A DNA stretch of 64,000 bases from an uncultured Anaerolineae bacterium (GCA_964510205.1 CAZEBW010000001.1:86226-150225); one strand, 5' to 3'; numbered from the stretch's first letter, positions 30,831 through 39,722 are shown. Notes: a model not told the origin generated them from the letters alone. Program-made: numbers and translations.

Positions 30831-32903
30831 TCAAGGTTGGATGGTCACGCCAAAACGGGCTAAGTCCTCTTCTGTGTGTTCAAAGGGGCAGTAGGTGTGT
30901 TCGCCGGGCAGATAGCCGTGGATGGGACAGATGCTGAACGTGGGGGTGAGCGTATAATACGGCAGGCGGAAGTTCTCAGCGATGCGCCGCACCAACAGGC
31001 GCGCCTGCCGCCAGTCGTCTATCCTCTCGCCCAGGAAGGCGTGGAACACCGTCCCGCCGGTGTAAAGCACCTGCAGGTCGTCCTGGTGCTCCAAAGCCTC
31101 GAAGACGTCGTCGGTATGGCCCACCGGCAAGTGGGTGGAGTTGGTGTAATAGGGCGCTTCGTCCGTGCCCGAAGTGACGATGGCCGCGAACTTGGCCTTG
31201 TCCGCCTTGGCCAGCCGATAGCTGGCCCCCTCGGCGGGGGTGGCTTCCAGGTTGTAGAGGCTGCCCGCCTCCGCCTGGAAAGTCTTCAGCTTCTCTCGCA
31301 TAAATTGAAGCGTTTTCAGAGCGAACGCCTTGCCGTCGGGGTGGGCGATGCTCACTCCCAGGAAGTTGAGGCAGGCCTCGTTCATGCCGTTCAGCCCGAT
31401 GGTGGAGAAGTGGTTGGCCCAGTAAGCACCCCCCATCTTCTTGATAGCCGCCAGATAGTGCCTGGCGTAGGGGTACAGGCCCCTCTCGGTGAACCTCTCC
31501 AGGGTCTTGCGCTTGATCTCCAGGCTGGTCTTGGCCACCTCCATCAGCCGTTCCAGGCGGCGGAAGAAATCCGCCTCGTCTGCGGCCAGATAGCCGAGGC
31601 GGGCCAGGTTGATGGTCACCACGCCGATGCTGCCGGTGAGGGGATTGGCGCCGAAATAGCCGCCGCCCCGCTTGCGCAGCTCGCGGTTGTCGAGCCTAAG
31701 CCGGCAGCACATGCTCCTGGCGTCCTCCGGGTCCAGATCGCTGTTGACGAAATTGGCGAAATAGGGGATGCCATACTTAGCCGTCATCTGCCAGATGGCG
31801 TCGGGGAGGGAGTTGTCCCAGTCGAAATCTTTGGAGATGTTGTAGGTGGGAATGGGAAAGGTGAACACCCGCCCTTTGGCGTCCCCCTCCAACATCACCT
31901 CGGCGAAGGCGCGATTGATGAGGTCCATCTCGTGGGCGAAGTCGCCGTAGGTCTCCTCCTGAAACTGGCCGCCGATGATGACGGGCGTGTCGCGCAAGGT
32001 GTTGGGCGGGACCAGGTCCATGGTCAGATTCGTGAAAGGGCACTGGAAGCCAACTCTAGTGGGCACGTTGATGTTGAAGACGAACTCCTGAACAGCCTGC
32101 TTGACGCCGCGATAGTCCAGCCCGTCGTAGCGGACGAAGGGAGCTAACAGGGTATCGAAGTTGGAGAAAGCTTGAGCGCCGGCTGATTCCCCCTGGAGGG
32201 TGTAGAAGAAATTCACGATCTGCCCCAAGGCCGAGCGGAGGTGCTTGGGAGGCTTGCTCTCCGTCTTGGTGGGCACGCCGCCGAATCCCCTGATCAGCAG
32301 GTCCTGCAGGTCCCAGCCGCAGCAGTAGGCAGCGAGGATGGAGATGTCGTGAATGTGGAAGTCCCCTTCCACGTGGGCCTCCCGCGCCTCCGGGGGATAG
32401 ATCTTGTGCAGCCAGTATTGGGCCGAGATAGAGGAAGCGACGTGGAAGTTCAGCCCTTGGAGGGAGTAGTTCATGTTAGCGTTCTCGTTCACCCTCCAAT
32501 CGGACCAATCCAGGTAGTCGTCCATGAGCTTCAGGCCGTCCAGGAGCAGCTTCTCTGTGTCTCGGACCTGGGCGCGCTGCTCGCGGTAGAGGATGTAGGA
32601 CTTGGCCATGCGGACGTAGCCGTTCTCGATGAGCACGGCCTCCACCAAGTCCTGGATCTCTTCCACCGAGGGAACCTGGCCCTGGTCGAAGAACTCCCTC
32701 TCCAGGGGGGCAACGACGGCGTCGGTAATCCGCTCCACGTCCTTTCTGCCGTCCTCCTGCCCCACCGCCTGTGCCGCCTTGAAGATGGCGCTGACAATCC
32801 TCTCGCGGTCGAAAGGCACAATTCGGCCATCTCGTTTTTGCACCTGGGCTACGGGTACGCTCAACTCTTCCTCCTGCGTCTTAGATTCTCCGTCACTTCT
32901 CAT
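30831..32903 (-). CDS. nrdD: anaerobic ribonucleoside-triphosphate reductase, large N-terminal part (ATP-cone plus catalytic barrel, lacks the glycyl-radical loop)
   Basis: VQKRDGRIVPFDRERIVSAI ATP-cone and long NrdD-like core. Ends ICPIHGYLPGEHTYCPFEH...TIQP-stop without an RxxGY motif. Confidence 0.9.
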   Translation of the reverse strand: MRSDGESKTQEEELSVPVAQVQKRDGRIVPFDRERIVSAIFKAAQAVGQEDGRKDVERITDAVVAPLEREFFDQGQVPSVEEIQDLVEAVLIENGYVRMAKSYILYREQRAQVRDTEKLLLDGLKLMDDYLDWSDWRVNENANMNYSLQGLNFHVASSISAQYWLHKIYPPEAREAHVEGDFHIHDISILAAYCCGWDLQDLLIRGFGGVPTKTESKPPKHLRSALGQIVNFFYTLQGESAGAQAFSNFDTLLAPFVRYDGLDYRGVKQAVQEFVFNINVPTRVGFQCPFTNLTMDLVPPNTLRDTPVIIGGQFQEETYGDFAHEMDLINRAFAEVMLEGDAKGRVFTFPIPTYNISKDFDWDNSLPDAIWQMTAKYGIPYFANFVNSDLDPEDARSMCCRLRLDNRELRKRGGGYFGANPLTGSIGVVTINLARLGYLAADEADFFRRLERLMEVAKTSLEIKRKTLERFTERGLYPYARHYLAAIKKMGGAYWANHFSTIGLNGMNEACLNFLGVSIAHPDGKAFALKTLQFMREKLKTFQAEAGSLYNLEATPAEGASYRLAKADKAKFAAIVTSGTDEAPYYTNSTHLPVGHTDDVFEALEHQDDLQVLYTGGTVFHAFLGERIDDWRQARLLVRRIAENFRLPYYTLTPTFSICPIHGYLPGEHTYCPFEHTEEDLARFGVTIQP

Positions 32904-32924
32904 AGATGCCTCGGCCTGAGCTCC

Positions 32925-33062
32925 GCCGTGGCATGAAGTGCCACGGCTACGAAGCTACCACCCCGTAAACGGGGTTCCTAAGCCCGATTCATCGGGCGCT
33001 GCTCTGTAGCACGGCCACGCCTGTCCTGAGCAAGGTCGAAGGGTCATGGCCGTGTGCTCCTA
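32925..33062. repeat. cluster of short GC-rich hairpins in the nrdD leader
   Basis: gccgtggcatgaagtgccacggc, accccgtaaacggggt, gcccgattcatcgggc, gcacggccac...catggccgtgtgc. Confidence 0.45.
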
Positions 33063-33065
33063 CCC

Positions 33066-33200
33066 TGAAAAAAGCGGCGTGGAGACCCTAAAGGTTTTGA
33101 AAATGAAGGTTCGAATTGATTTTCTTGCATTCAGCGCCTGTTCCAAGCAGAGAAAACAAGCTTTCTATCAAAAACCTTTAGGGTCTTGCCAGCAGCCCAC
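33066..33200. repeat. family 3 MITE-like element, copy B
   Basis: See copy A. Same orientation. Confidence 0.85.
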
Positions 33201-33305
33201 CTTCTTTCAGTAGAGTCATGAATTGCAACACCAGTCTTCATCTAACCGACTTTTCATCTTCCGATCATAGCTAAAGCGACATCCCATCATCCATGACTGG
33301 AATGC

Positions 33306-33785
33306 TTATACCATGAATTCTCTTGCCCTACTTATTATCTGAGCGCATATCGTGCGAGCTTCCCCGGCCGAATCGTTCTCACGTAAGGTCTGCCCTTGTA
33401 GTAGTCTATGGACAGCTTGATCTAAGCTCATCCCTAACTGCTTTAGGGTGGGATCTTGTTCAGCCTCTAGTGTCACACGTACTCTCTCTAACGGCACTAG
33501 TACTCTATTTGTTATCTCTATGTTTGCACTCACATCCCATTTCTCTCCCTTAGCCTCTGCTATGAAGTAGGTGCGCAGTCTTATCACCTCCTCAAGCAGT
33601 GCTTCTGTCCTATCGACTATTCCTTGTAGATCACTTCTTCTCCACCGTCTCTTCTGATCATTCAGTGCCCACCTTCTCTCAAGCCAGCTACCGAAAAAAC
33701 CCAACGCGCCACCTATCAAAACACCCAACAAGCCAGCTATGGTAGCAAGGTTTTCCAGTACAACTTCAATCCAACCAGCTTGCAT
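33306..33785 (-). CDS. hypothetical membrane-anchored protein in an AT-richer island
   Basis: 159-aa ORF with one N-terminal TM (IAGLLGVLIGGALGFFGSWL) and a helical remainder. Local composition is visibly AT-richer than the flanks. Confidence 0.45.
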   Translation of the reverse strand: MQAGWIEVVLENLATIAGLLGVLIGGALGFFGSWLERRWALNDQKRRWRRSDLQGIVDRTEALLEEVIRLRTYFIAEAKGEKWDVSANIEITNRVLVPLERVRVTLEAEQDPTLKQLGMSLDQAVHRLLQGQTLRENDSAGEARTICAQIISRAREFMV

Positions 33786-33892
33786 GTTCGCTTACCTCCT
33801 AAGATGCTCTTGGGCAAACGAAGGGCGGTTTTGTGCAGCCACCTCGAAAGCATAACCACACAGAAACCTTTTATAAACCAACCTCAACTGCC

Positions 33893-34357
33893 CTACACCC
33901 CCGCCTCCCGCCTCTTCCTCTCCAGCAACCTTTCGATCTCCTGCGCCAGGCTCTCCACGTCGGCGAAGCGGCGGTAAACAGAGGCAAAGCGGACGTAGGC
34001 CACGTCGTCTAACCCCCGCAGCGACTCCATCACCATCTCGCCAATCATCCGGCTCTCTACCTCCCCATCCCCTTGACCGTACAGCTTCCCCTCGATATCA
34101 CTAACCAATTCCTCGATGGCCTCGGTGGAGATGGGCCGCTTGGTGCACGCCTTGCGCACGCCCGCCAGGAGCTTGCCGCGGTCGAACTCCTCCCGCCGCC
34201 CATCAGCCTTGACTACCATCAGCCGCAAGGGCGCCACCCGCTCATAGGTCGTGAACCGCTGCCCGCAATCCTTACACTCTCGCCGCCGACGGACGCCCTC
34301 ACCAGAACTGCGGGTGTCTACGACCTTGGACTTGCTGCCACAAAACGGACACTGCAT
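33893..34357 (-). CDS. nrdR: transcriptional repressor NrdR
   Basis: MQCPFCGSKSKVVDTRSS...RRRECKDCGQRFTTYE zinc ribbon plus ATP-cone. GGGAGGG RBS before ATG 34357. Confidence 0.93.
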   Translation of the reverse strand: MQCPFCGSKSKVVDTRSSGEGVRRRRECKDCGQRFTTYERVAPLRLMVVKADGRREEFDRGKLLAGVRKACTKRPISTEAIEELVSDIEGKLYGQGDGEVESRMIGEMVMESLRGLDDVAYVRFASVYRRFADVESLAQEIERLLERKRREAGV

Positions 34358-34405
34358 CTTCAGCCCTCCCTGATGATCATGATGATTCGAGTCCAATGCA
34401 TCGCA

Positions 34406-34453
34406 CCACAACAGGTAGTAGTATGTCTAACATAAAACTACAATATGTTGTGG
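34406..34453 (-). promoter_or_regulatory. tandem NrdR boxes upstream of nrdR
   Basis: CCACAACAGGTAGTAG (34406..34421) and the complement of 34438..34453, CCACAACATATTGTAG. Centres are 32 bp apart. The second box matches about 12/16 positions of the acaCwAtATaTwGtgt consensus. Confidence 0.55.
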
Positions 34454-34559
34454 CGCGAGCTACTGATAATGATACCACAAAAGGGCTGGATTGGCAAGGG
34501 AAAAAGCCATAATTTGGCACGAATCTCGAAATTTTAAGCTTTTAGCGAGACCATAAGCA

Positions 34560-34594
34560 GTAATCGTGACGGATGGTGAATCCGTCACGATTAC
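34560..34594. repeat. 15-bp perfect-stem hairpin, GACGGAT family, downstream of ftsZ
   Basis: gtaatcgtgacggat-ggtga-atccgtcacgattac. Confidence 0.6.
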
Positions 34595-34892
34595 TGAAGT
34601 AATGGAAAAAGATGCACAGCAGGATGGCCAGGCAATGAGCACGGCCAACCCCACACTGCCGCCGCGTCAACGAGTGACGTGTGGCAGCGGCGCCTTACTC
34701 CATTGGCGCACTGAATCCCAGCCTAACTTTCCGAGAGATGTCCAGGGGATCGCCAAGCAGGCGGAACTAGGCCGCCGCTTATTGGGCCAGGCTTACAACA
34801 CCAAGCGACAAACGCGCACTCGTCCTGAGGCCAGTGCACTTAACTGGCATCAAAGGGATTCCCCAGAGCAATCTTAGCTCCACTGACCTTGC

Positions 34893-35948
34893 TCAGCGGC
34901 GCAGGAAGGCTGGAATGTCTACGTCGTCCTTATCGAAAGCGCGCACCGGGAACTCGATGGGCCGCTTAGCAGCGGCGGCAACGGGCCTTCGCCGCTCCGT
35001 CCCGTCGAATCCAGTAGCGATGACCGTGATCTGGATGTGGTCCTCCATATCCGGATCAATGACCGCCCCAAAGATGATGTTGACCTCTGGATGCGCCGTC
35101 TCCTGGATGATCTCCGCCGCCTGGTTGACCTCAAACAGGCTTAGATCGGGGCCGCCGTTGACGTTGAACAGGATGCCCCGCGCCCCGTCAATGGTGATAT
35201 CCAGCAGAGAGCTGGAGATAGCCGCCTGCGCCGCCTCGACGGCGCGGTTGTCGCCGCTGGCCCGACCGATGGCCATCAGTGCGGCCCCGCCCTCATCCAT
35301 GATGGAACGCACGTCAGCGAAGTCCAGGTTGATCAGCCCAGGCACAGTGATCAACTCGGAGATGCCCTGGATGCCCTGGCGCAAGACATCGTCGGCCACC
35401 CCAAACGCCTCCTGGATAGACGCCCTCTTGTCCACGATCTCCAGCAAGCGGTCATTGGGGATCACGATGAGCGTGTCCACCTCGCTCTTGAGCTTCTGGA
35501 TGCCCTCCTCAGCCACTTGCTGACGGCGCTTGCCCTCGAAGCTGAAGGGCCTGGTGACCACGCCAATGGTCAGGGCGCCCACCTCTTTGGCGATTTGGCC
35601 AATGATAGGCGAGGCTCCCGTCCCGGTCCCGCCGCCGATGCCGGCGGTCAGGAAGACCATGTCCGAACCCTTGAGGGCCTCGTACAGCTCGTCGCTGGAC
35701 TCCTCGGCGGCCTTCAGGCCATTTTCGGGATCGCCGCCCGAGCCCAAGCCTTTGGTCAGCTTGTCGCCGATGCGGACCCGTTTGGGGGCCTTGGACAGCA
35801 TCAGGGCCTGGGCATCGGTGTTCACGGCAATGAACTCCACCCCCTGCAGCCCCTCCTCTATCATGCGGTTGACGGCGTTGGAACCACCGCCACCGACACC
35901 CACCACTTTGATCTGAGCGAAATTTTCCACTTCTTGTCTGCCTTGCAT
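34893..35948 (-). CDS. ftsZ: cell division GTPase FtsZ
   Basis: [27 protein letters not shown] tubulin signature. Confidence 0.97.
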   Translation of the reverse strand: MQGRQEVENFAQIKVVGVGGGGSNAVNRMIEEGLQGVEFIAVNTDAQALMLSKAPKRVRIGDKLTKGLGSGGDPENGLKAAEESSDELYEALKGSDMVFLTAGIGGGTGTGASPIIGQIAKEVGALTIGVVTRPFSFEGKRRQQVAEEGIQKLKSEVDTLIVIPNDRLLEIVDKRASIQEAFGVADDVLRQGIQGISELITVPGLINLDFADVRSIMDEGGAALMAIGRASGDNRAVEAAQAAISSSLLDITIDGARGILFNVNGGPDLSLFEVNQAAEIIQETAHPEVNIIFGAVIDPDMEDHIQITVIATGFDGTERRRPVAAAAKRPIEFPVRAFDKDDVDIPAFLRR

Positions 35949-36005
35949 CTTTTTCCTCCTTGCAATATTGTCTGCTTCTGACGAATCTCGATCGTACCTA
36001 AAAAA

Positions 36006-36105
36006 CAGAAACCAGGTTTTTGGCTGACATGAGACACCTTCTCACACCCCAGGAGACCCCAAGAGAACAAACCGTTTGCTCAGGTAGGGAAAAAACCTGG
36101 TTTCT
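36006..36105. repeat. family 4 palindromic element in the ftsA-ftsZ spacer
   Basis: cagaaaccaggttttt ... aaaaacctggtttct. Confidence 0.8.
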
Positions 36106-36119
36106 TCACCCACCGGACC

Positions 36120-37337
36120 TCAGCCTGGCAAGAAAGACCTGAGCCAATGGACAATGCGCTGCCAAAGGCTAATCGGTATCTCAGTGGGAACTTCACGGGG
36201 CTCTTCGCGCAATCCCCACAGCAGCAAGCCAACGCCGGTGGCGTAGGCCGGACTCGTGAGCGCGTCCACCAAGCCCTGCAAGTCACGAGGGGGGCCAATC
36301 CGCGTCGGCAACTGCAATATATCACGGCCTAGCTCCCTCATCCCGCCCAACTCCGCCGAGCCTCCGCAGAGGACCGCGCCGGCCGGCAGCAGCCCATCGT
36401 AACCGGAGCGCTTCACCTCTTGCAGCATGAGATTGAAGATCTCCGTCGCCCTGGCCTCAAGGATCTCGGCCAGAAACTGTCGAGGAACAGGCTGCCAGGA
36501 GTCCTCACCAAAGACGGCCACGTCAATGGTCTCGCCAGGGGTGACGCCGTCGGAACGGGCGTAGCCATATTTCTCTTTGATCTCCTTGGCCGTAGTAAAC
36601 GGAGCGCGAAGCCCGACGGCCACATCATTGGTCAGATGATTGCCTCCCACGCCCATCACCGCAGTGTGCCAGATGCTCCCCTCGATGAAGATGGCCATGT
36701 CCGTGGTACCTCCACCGATGTCGGCCAGGACGACGCCCATCTCCCGCTCATTGCTGGTCAGAACCGCCTCCCCCGAAGCCAAAGGAGCCAGCACGAGGTC
36801 GTCTATCTCGATGCCCACCCGGTTGACACACTTCACCAGGTTGTGGATGGAGGTTGCCGCCCCGGTGATGATGTGGGCCTCCACCTCCAGGCGGAAACCA
36901 TGCATCCCCAGCGGATCGCGTACACCGTCCTGCCCGTCTACGACATAGCCACGGGGGACGATGTGGATCACCTCGCGATTGTAGGGAATGGCAATGGCCA
37001 GGGCCGCATCCAGAGCGCGGTTCACGTCGCTCTGAGTGATGCTGTGCCCCCTAGAGACAGCCACTACGCCCCGGCTGTTGAAAGAAGAGATGTGAGCGCC
37101 GGCCACGCCAACATGAGCACGTTCTATCGCATGGCCGGAGATGCGCTGCGCCTTCTCCACGGAGGCGGCGATGGCTTCGGTCGTCTCGTTCACGTTGACC
37201 ACCACGCCTTTGCGCAATCCCTTCGAGGGAACCACCCCCACGCCCACGATGCGCAAAGTGCCCCCTCCATCCATCTTTCCAACCAAGGTGCAGACCTTCG
37301 TGGTACCGACGTCAATGCTTACAATCGTCCTCTCCAA
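36120..37337 (-). CDS. ftsA: cell division protein FtsA
   Basis: IVSIDVGTTKVC..., DIGGGTTD actin-fold motifs. Confidence 0.95.
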   Translation of the reverse strand: MERTIVSIDVGTTKVCTLVGKMDGGGTLRIVGVGVVPSKGLRKGVVVNVNETTEAIAASVEKAQRISGHAIERAHVGVAGAHISSFNSRGVVAVSRGHSITQSDVNRALDAALAIAIPYNREVIHIVPRGYVVDGQDGVRDPLGMHGFRLEVEAHIITGAATSIHNLVKCVNRVGIEIDDLVLAPLASGEAVLTSNEREMGVVLADIGGGTTDMAIFIEGSIWHTAVMGVGGNHLTNDVAVGLRAPFTTAKEIKEKYGYARSDGVTPGETIDVAVFGEDSWQPVPRQFLAEILEARATEIFNLMLQEVKRSGYDGLLPAGAVLCGGSAELGGMRELGRDILQLPTRIGPPRDLQGLVDALTSPAYATGVGLLLWGLREEPREVPTEIPISLWQRIVHWLRSFLPG

Positions 37338-37355
37338 GGTAAACCTCGCTTTACT

Positions 37356-37376
37356 CCGAACAAGTTCGGGACTCCG
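37356..37376. repeat. family 5 hairpin (CCGAACAAGTTCGGGACTCCG) in the sbp-ftsA spacer
   Basis: Identical 21-mer at 17512..17532. Confidence 0.6.
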
Positions 37377-37379
37377 AAT

Positions 37380-37703
37380 TTAGAGAAAATGGCGGCGAAT
37401 GATGGCCAAGTTATTAAAGAGGCGCACGCCAAAGGCTACGATAGCCGCATAGTAGATCTCAACGCCCAAACGGTCGCCCACAAAAGTCAGAAGTCCTGCC
37501 AAGAGCGTATTGACACAGAAGCCGCTGATGAAAATCTTGTTATCGTACTGGTCCTCCAGGTGGGCCCGCGCCGCCCCCAACATTGAATCCGAAGCGGCCA
37601 GGATCGCCATAGCAGTGTAGCGCGAGTACTGCACGGGTATGGTGATGGAAAAAAGGTAGCTGATGATGATGCCAACCAATAAGCCAACGATGGGTAACCA
37701 CAT
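37380..37703 (-). CDS. sbp: small basic protein (DUF1290, Sbp-like)
   Basis: MWLPIVGLLVGIIISY...DNKIFISGFCVNTLLAG. Position between ftsQ and ftsA, as in Bacillus. Confidence 0.75.
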   Translation of the reverse strand: MWLPIVGLLVGIIISYLFSITIPVQYSRYTAMAILAASDSMLGAARAHLEDQYDNKIFISGFCVNTLLAGLLTFVGDRLGVEIYYAAIVAFGVRLFNNLAIIRRHFL

Positions 37704-37713
37704 AGCAGTCCGC

Positions 37714-38517
37714 CTACTTGTAGCTCGGGCTCTCTTTGAAACGCAGGTCCACGTACTGCGGCTGAATGCCGCGAAACGCAAAATCCTGGAGCAAGGCATC
37801 CAGAATCGCCATTTTCTCGGCGGTGTCGCCAGCGCCGAGGTAGACGGGATAGTTCTCCTGGTGAAAGATCAAACCCTGGTGCTCGGAATACTCCAGGACC
37901 GTTATTTCGGGAAAGAGTCGTCGCAGCTCCAACGCCGACCTGACGGCTCGATAATCAACGTGATCGCCGACCTCGAGAGGGCCCGGCGTTTGGTCTTGGA
38001 TCACGAGCATCGTCTCCAAATCGCCCTGCAGCGGGAGAATATGGCCGCGATCGTCAACCCCGTAGCGCGCTTCGCCCCGCTGCCAGATGATTTGCACCTG
38101 ATGCTCCACCACCTCAATCGTCACCCGGTTGGGCAGCCGGCAGGCGACCGTGGCCTCTTTGATGCCCGGCAAGTTGGAGATAGCAGCCTCTACTCGTTCG
38201 GAGTGGATCCAAAACATGCTCAGCTCGTGCAAGTCACTGGCCTCGTAGATTTCATCCTGGCCAATGAACTGGTTTCCCCGCACTTCGGCCTCGTAGACAT
38301 AGAAGCGGTCGGTGGTGAAGAACTGGCTGGCTAAGAACACCAAGGCCGCCAGCAAGAGCAAGCTCAGCACCGATCCCCGCTCGATCTGCCAGAGACCAAC
38401 CAGGGGCCGCGGCGCCATCCTCACGCTTGGCTTAGCAATCTGATAGGCGTGGTTGCGCTTGCCTCCGGAACGCCTCTTCTTCTTTCTGGATTTTCGCTTC
38501 GATGATCTGCGGGCCAT
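37714..38517 (-). CDS. ftsQ: cell division protein FtsQ/DivIB
   Basis: Basic N-terminus, one TM, POTRA-like VRGNQFIGQDEI region, dcw position. Confidence 0.85.
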   Translation of the reverse strand: MARRSSKRKSRKKKRRSGGKRNHAYQIAKPSVRMAPRPLVGLWQIERGSVLSLLLLAALVFLASQFFTTDRFYVYEAEVRGNQFIGQDEIYEASDLHELSMFWIHSERVEAAISNLPGIKEATVACRLPNRVTIEVVEHQVQIIWQRGEARYGVDDRGHILPLQGDLETMLVIQDQTPGPLEVGDHVDYRAVRSALELRRLFPEITVLEYSEHQGLIFHQENYPVYLGAGDTAEKMAILDALLQDFAFRGIQPQYVDLRFKESPSYK

Positions 38518-38534
38518 GGCGATCCTCTGGGGAA

Positions 38535-39677
38535 TTACTCGATCTCCTGCGGGCTGTAGGATGTCTCTGATCGGCTCTTGTCGGCGTACCTCTCCAGGGC
38601 CAGCTCGATCAAGCGGTCAATAAGCTCTGAATAAGAAATGCCGCTGGCCTCCCACAGCTTGGGATACATGCTGATGGGCGTGAAGCCGGGGATGGTGTTC
38701 AACTCGCCCAGGTAGAGCTCGCCCGTATCCTTATCCAAAAAGAAATCAACCCGCGCCATTCCCGAACAGTCCACGGCCAGGAAAGCCACCACGGCCAGCT
38801 CTTGTATCCGTCGAGTCAACTCCGCTGGAAGGTCGGCGGGGATGATCAACTCCGATCGGTCATCTATGTATTTGGCGACGTAGTCGTAAAACTCGCGGCA
38901 GGGAATGATCTCCCCCGGCAGTGAGGCGATGGGCTCGTCGTTCCCCAAGACGCTGACCTCGATCTCTCGCGCGTTCACTGCTCGCTCGGCCAGCAACCGG
39001 CGGTCGTAGCGAGCCGCCAGATGCAGGGCCGGCGCCAGCTCGCTGCGCTGGTGGACCTTGGAGATGCCCACGCTGGAGCCCAGGTTGGCCGGCTTGACGA
39101 AACAGGGATAGCCCAGCTCCTCCTCAATGAGTTCCATCACCGCCTCAGGGTCTCGCTCCCAATCCCTGCGCTTGAAGGCCACGTGATCCACCACCGGCAG
39201 CCCGTAGCTCTTGAATACGGCCTTCATAGCGATCTTGTCCATCCCCAGAGCCGAGCCCAGCACCCCCGCTCCGACGTACGGCAGGTCGGCCAGTTCCAGC
39301 AGGCCCTGCACCGTGCCGTCCTCGCCACAGGGACCGTGCAAGACGGGGAAGACGACGTCAACTTGAGGAAAACCGGTCTCGTGAGTGCCTGGCACCAGCT
39401 CGCGCCTATGCCGCTTCGCTAAAGCCAGCTCCCGCGTCTCAGGTTCTGCTGGCCCTGACTCAGCAATCTGACCAGCCGCGCTAGGCCCTCCTGACTGCAG
39501 CAACTCCATCGGCTCACCGCCGGTCAGCCAGCGACCGTCTTTGGTGATGCCGACGGGAATCACCTCGTACCTCTCTTCATCCATGGCCTTCATGATGCCC
39601 TGGGCGGAGACCAACGAGACCTCGTGCTCGCCAGACTGCCCGCCGAAGAGGACCGCCACCCTGAGTTTTTCAGCCAT
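38535..39677 (-). CDS. ddl: D-alanine--D-alanine ligase
   Basis: LRVAVLFGGQSGEHEVSL, HGPCGEDGTVQGLLE, FVKPANLGSSVGISK, ELNTIPGFT. Confidence 0.95.
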   Translation of the reverse strand: MAEKLRVAVLFGGQSGEHEVSLVSAQGIMKAMDEERYEVIPVGITKDGRWLTGGEPMELLQSGGPSAAGQIAESGPAEPETRELALAKRHRRELVPGTHETGFPQVDVVFPVLHGPCGEDGTVQGLLELADLPYVGAGVLGSALGMDKIAMKAVFKSYGLPVVDHVAFKRRDWERDPEAVMELIEEELGYPCFVKPANLGSSVGISKVHQRSELAPALHLAARYDRRLLAERAVNAREIEVSVLGNDEPIASLPGEIIPCREFYDYVAKYIDDRSELIIPADLPAELTRRIQELAVVAFLAVDCSGMARVDFFLDKDTGELYLGELNTIPGFTPISMYPKLWEASGISYSELIDRLIELALERYADKSRSETSYSPQEIE

Positions 39678-39695
39678 TCCACTCTCCTATCTTTT

Positions 39696-39722
39696 GCTCG
39701 GCCTGGATCGCCAGATCCGGGC
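39696..39722. repeat. GGATCGCCAGATCC-core palindromic element in the murB-ddl spacer
   Basis: gctcggcctggatcgccagatccgggc. Confidence 0.7.

Noticed and set aside
32904-33065. Cobalamin (or other) riboswitch in the nrdD leader.
   Set aside because: I could not find the B12-box (AGYCMGGAGACCKGCC-like) or the conserved GGUGC..GCCACUG core. The region resolves into several independent short GC hairpins typical of the repeat elements here.
34566-34877. 103-aa plus-strand ORF in the GC-rich stretch downstream of ftsZ.
   Set aside because: It starts inside the perfect hairpin at 34560..34594, has no RBS and no recognisable motif, and its composition looks non-coding.
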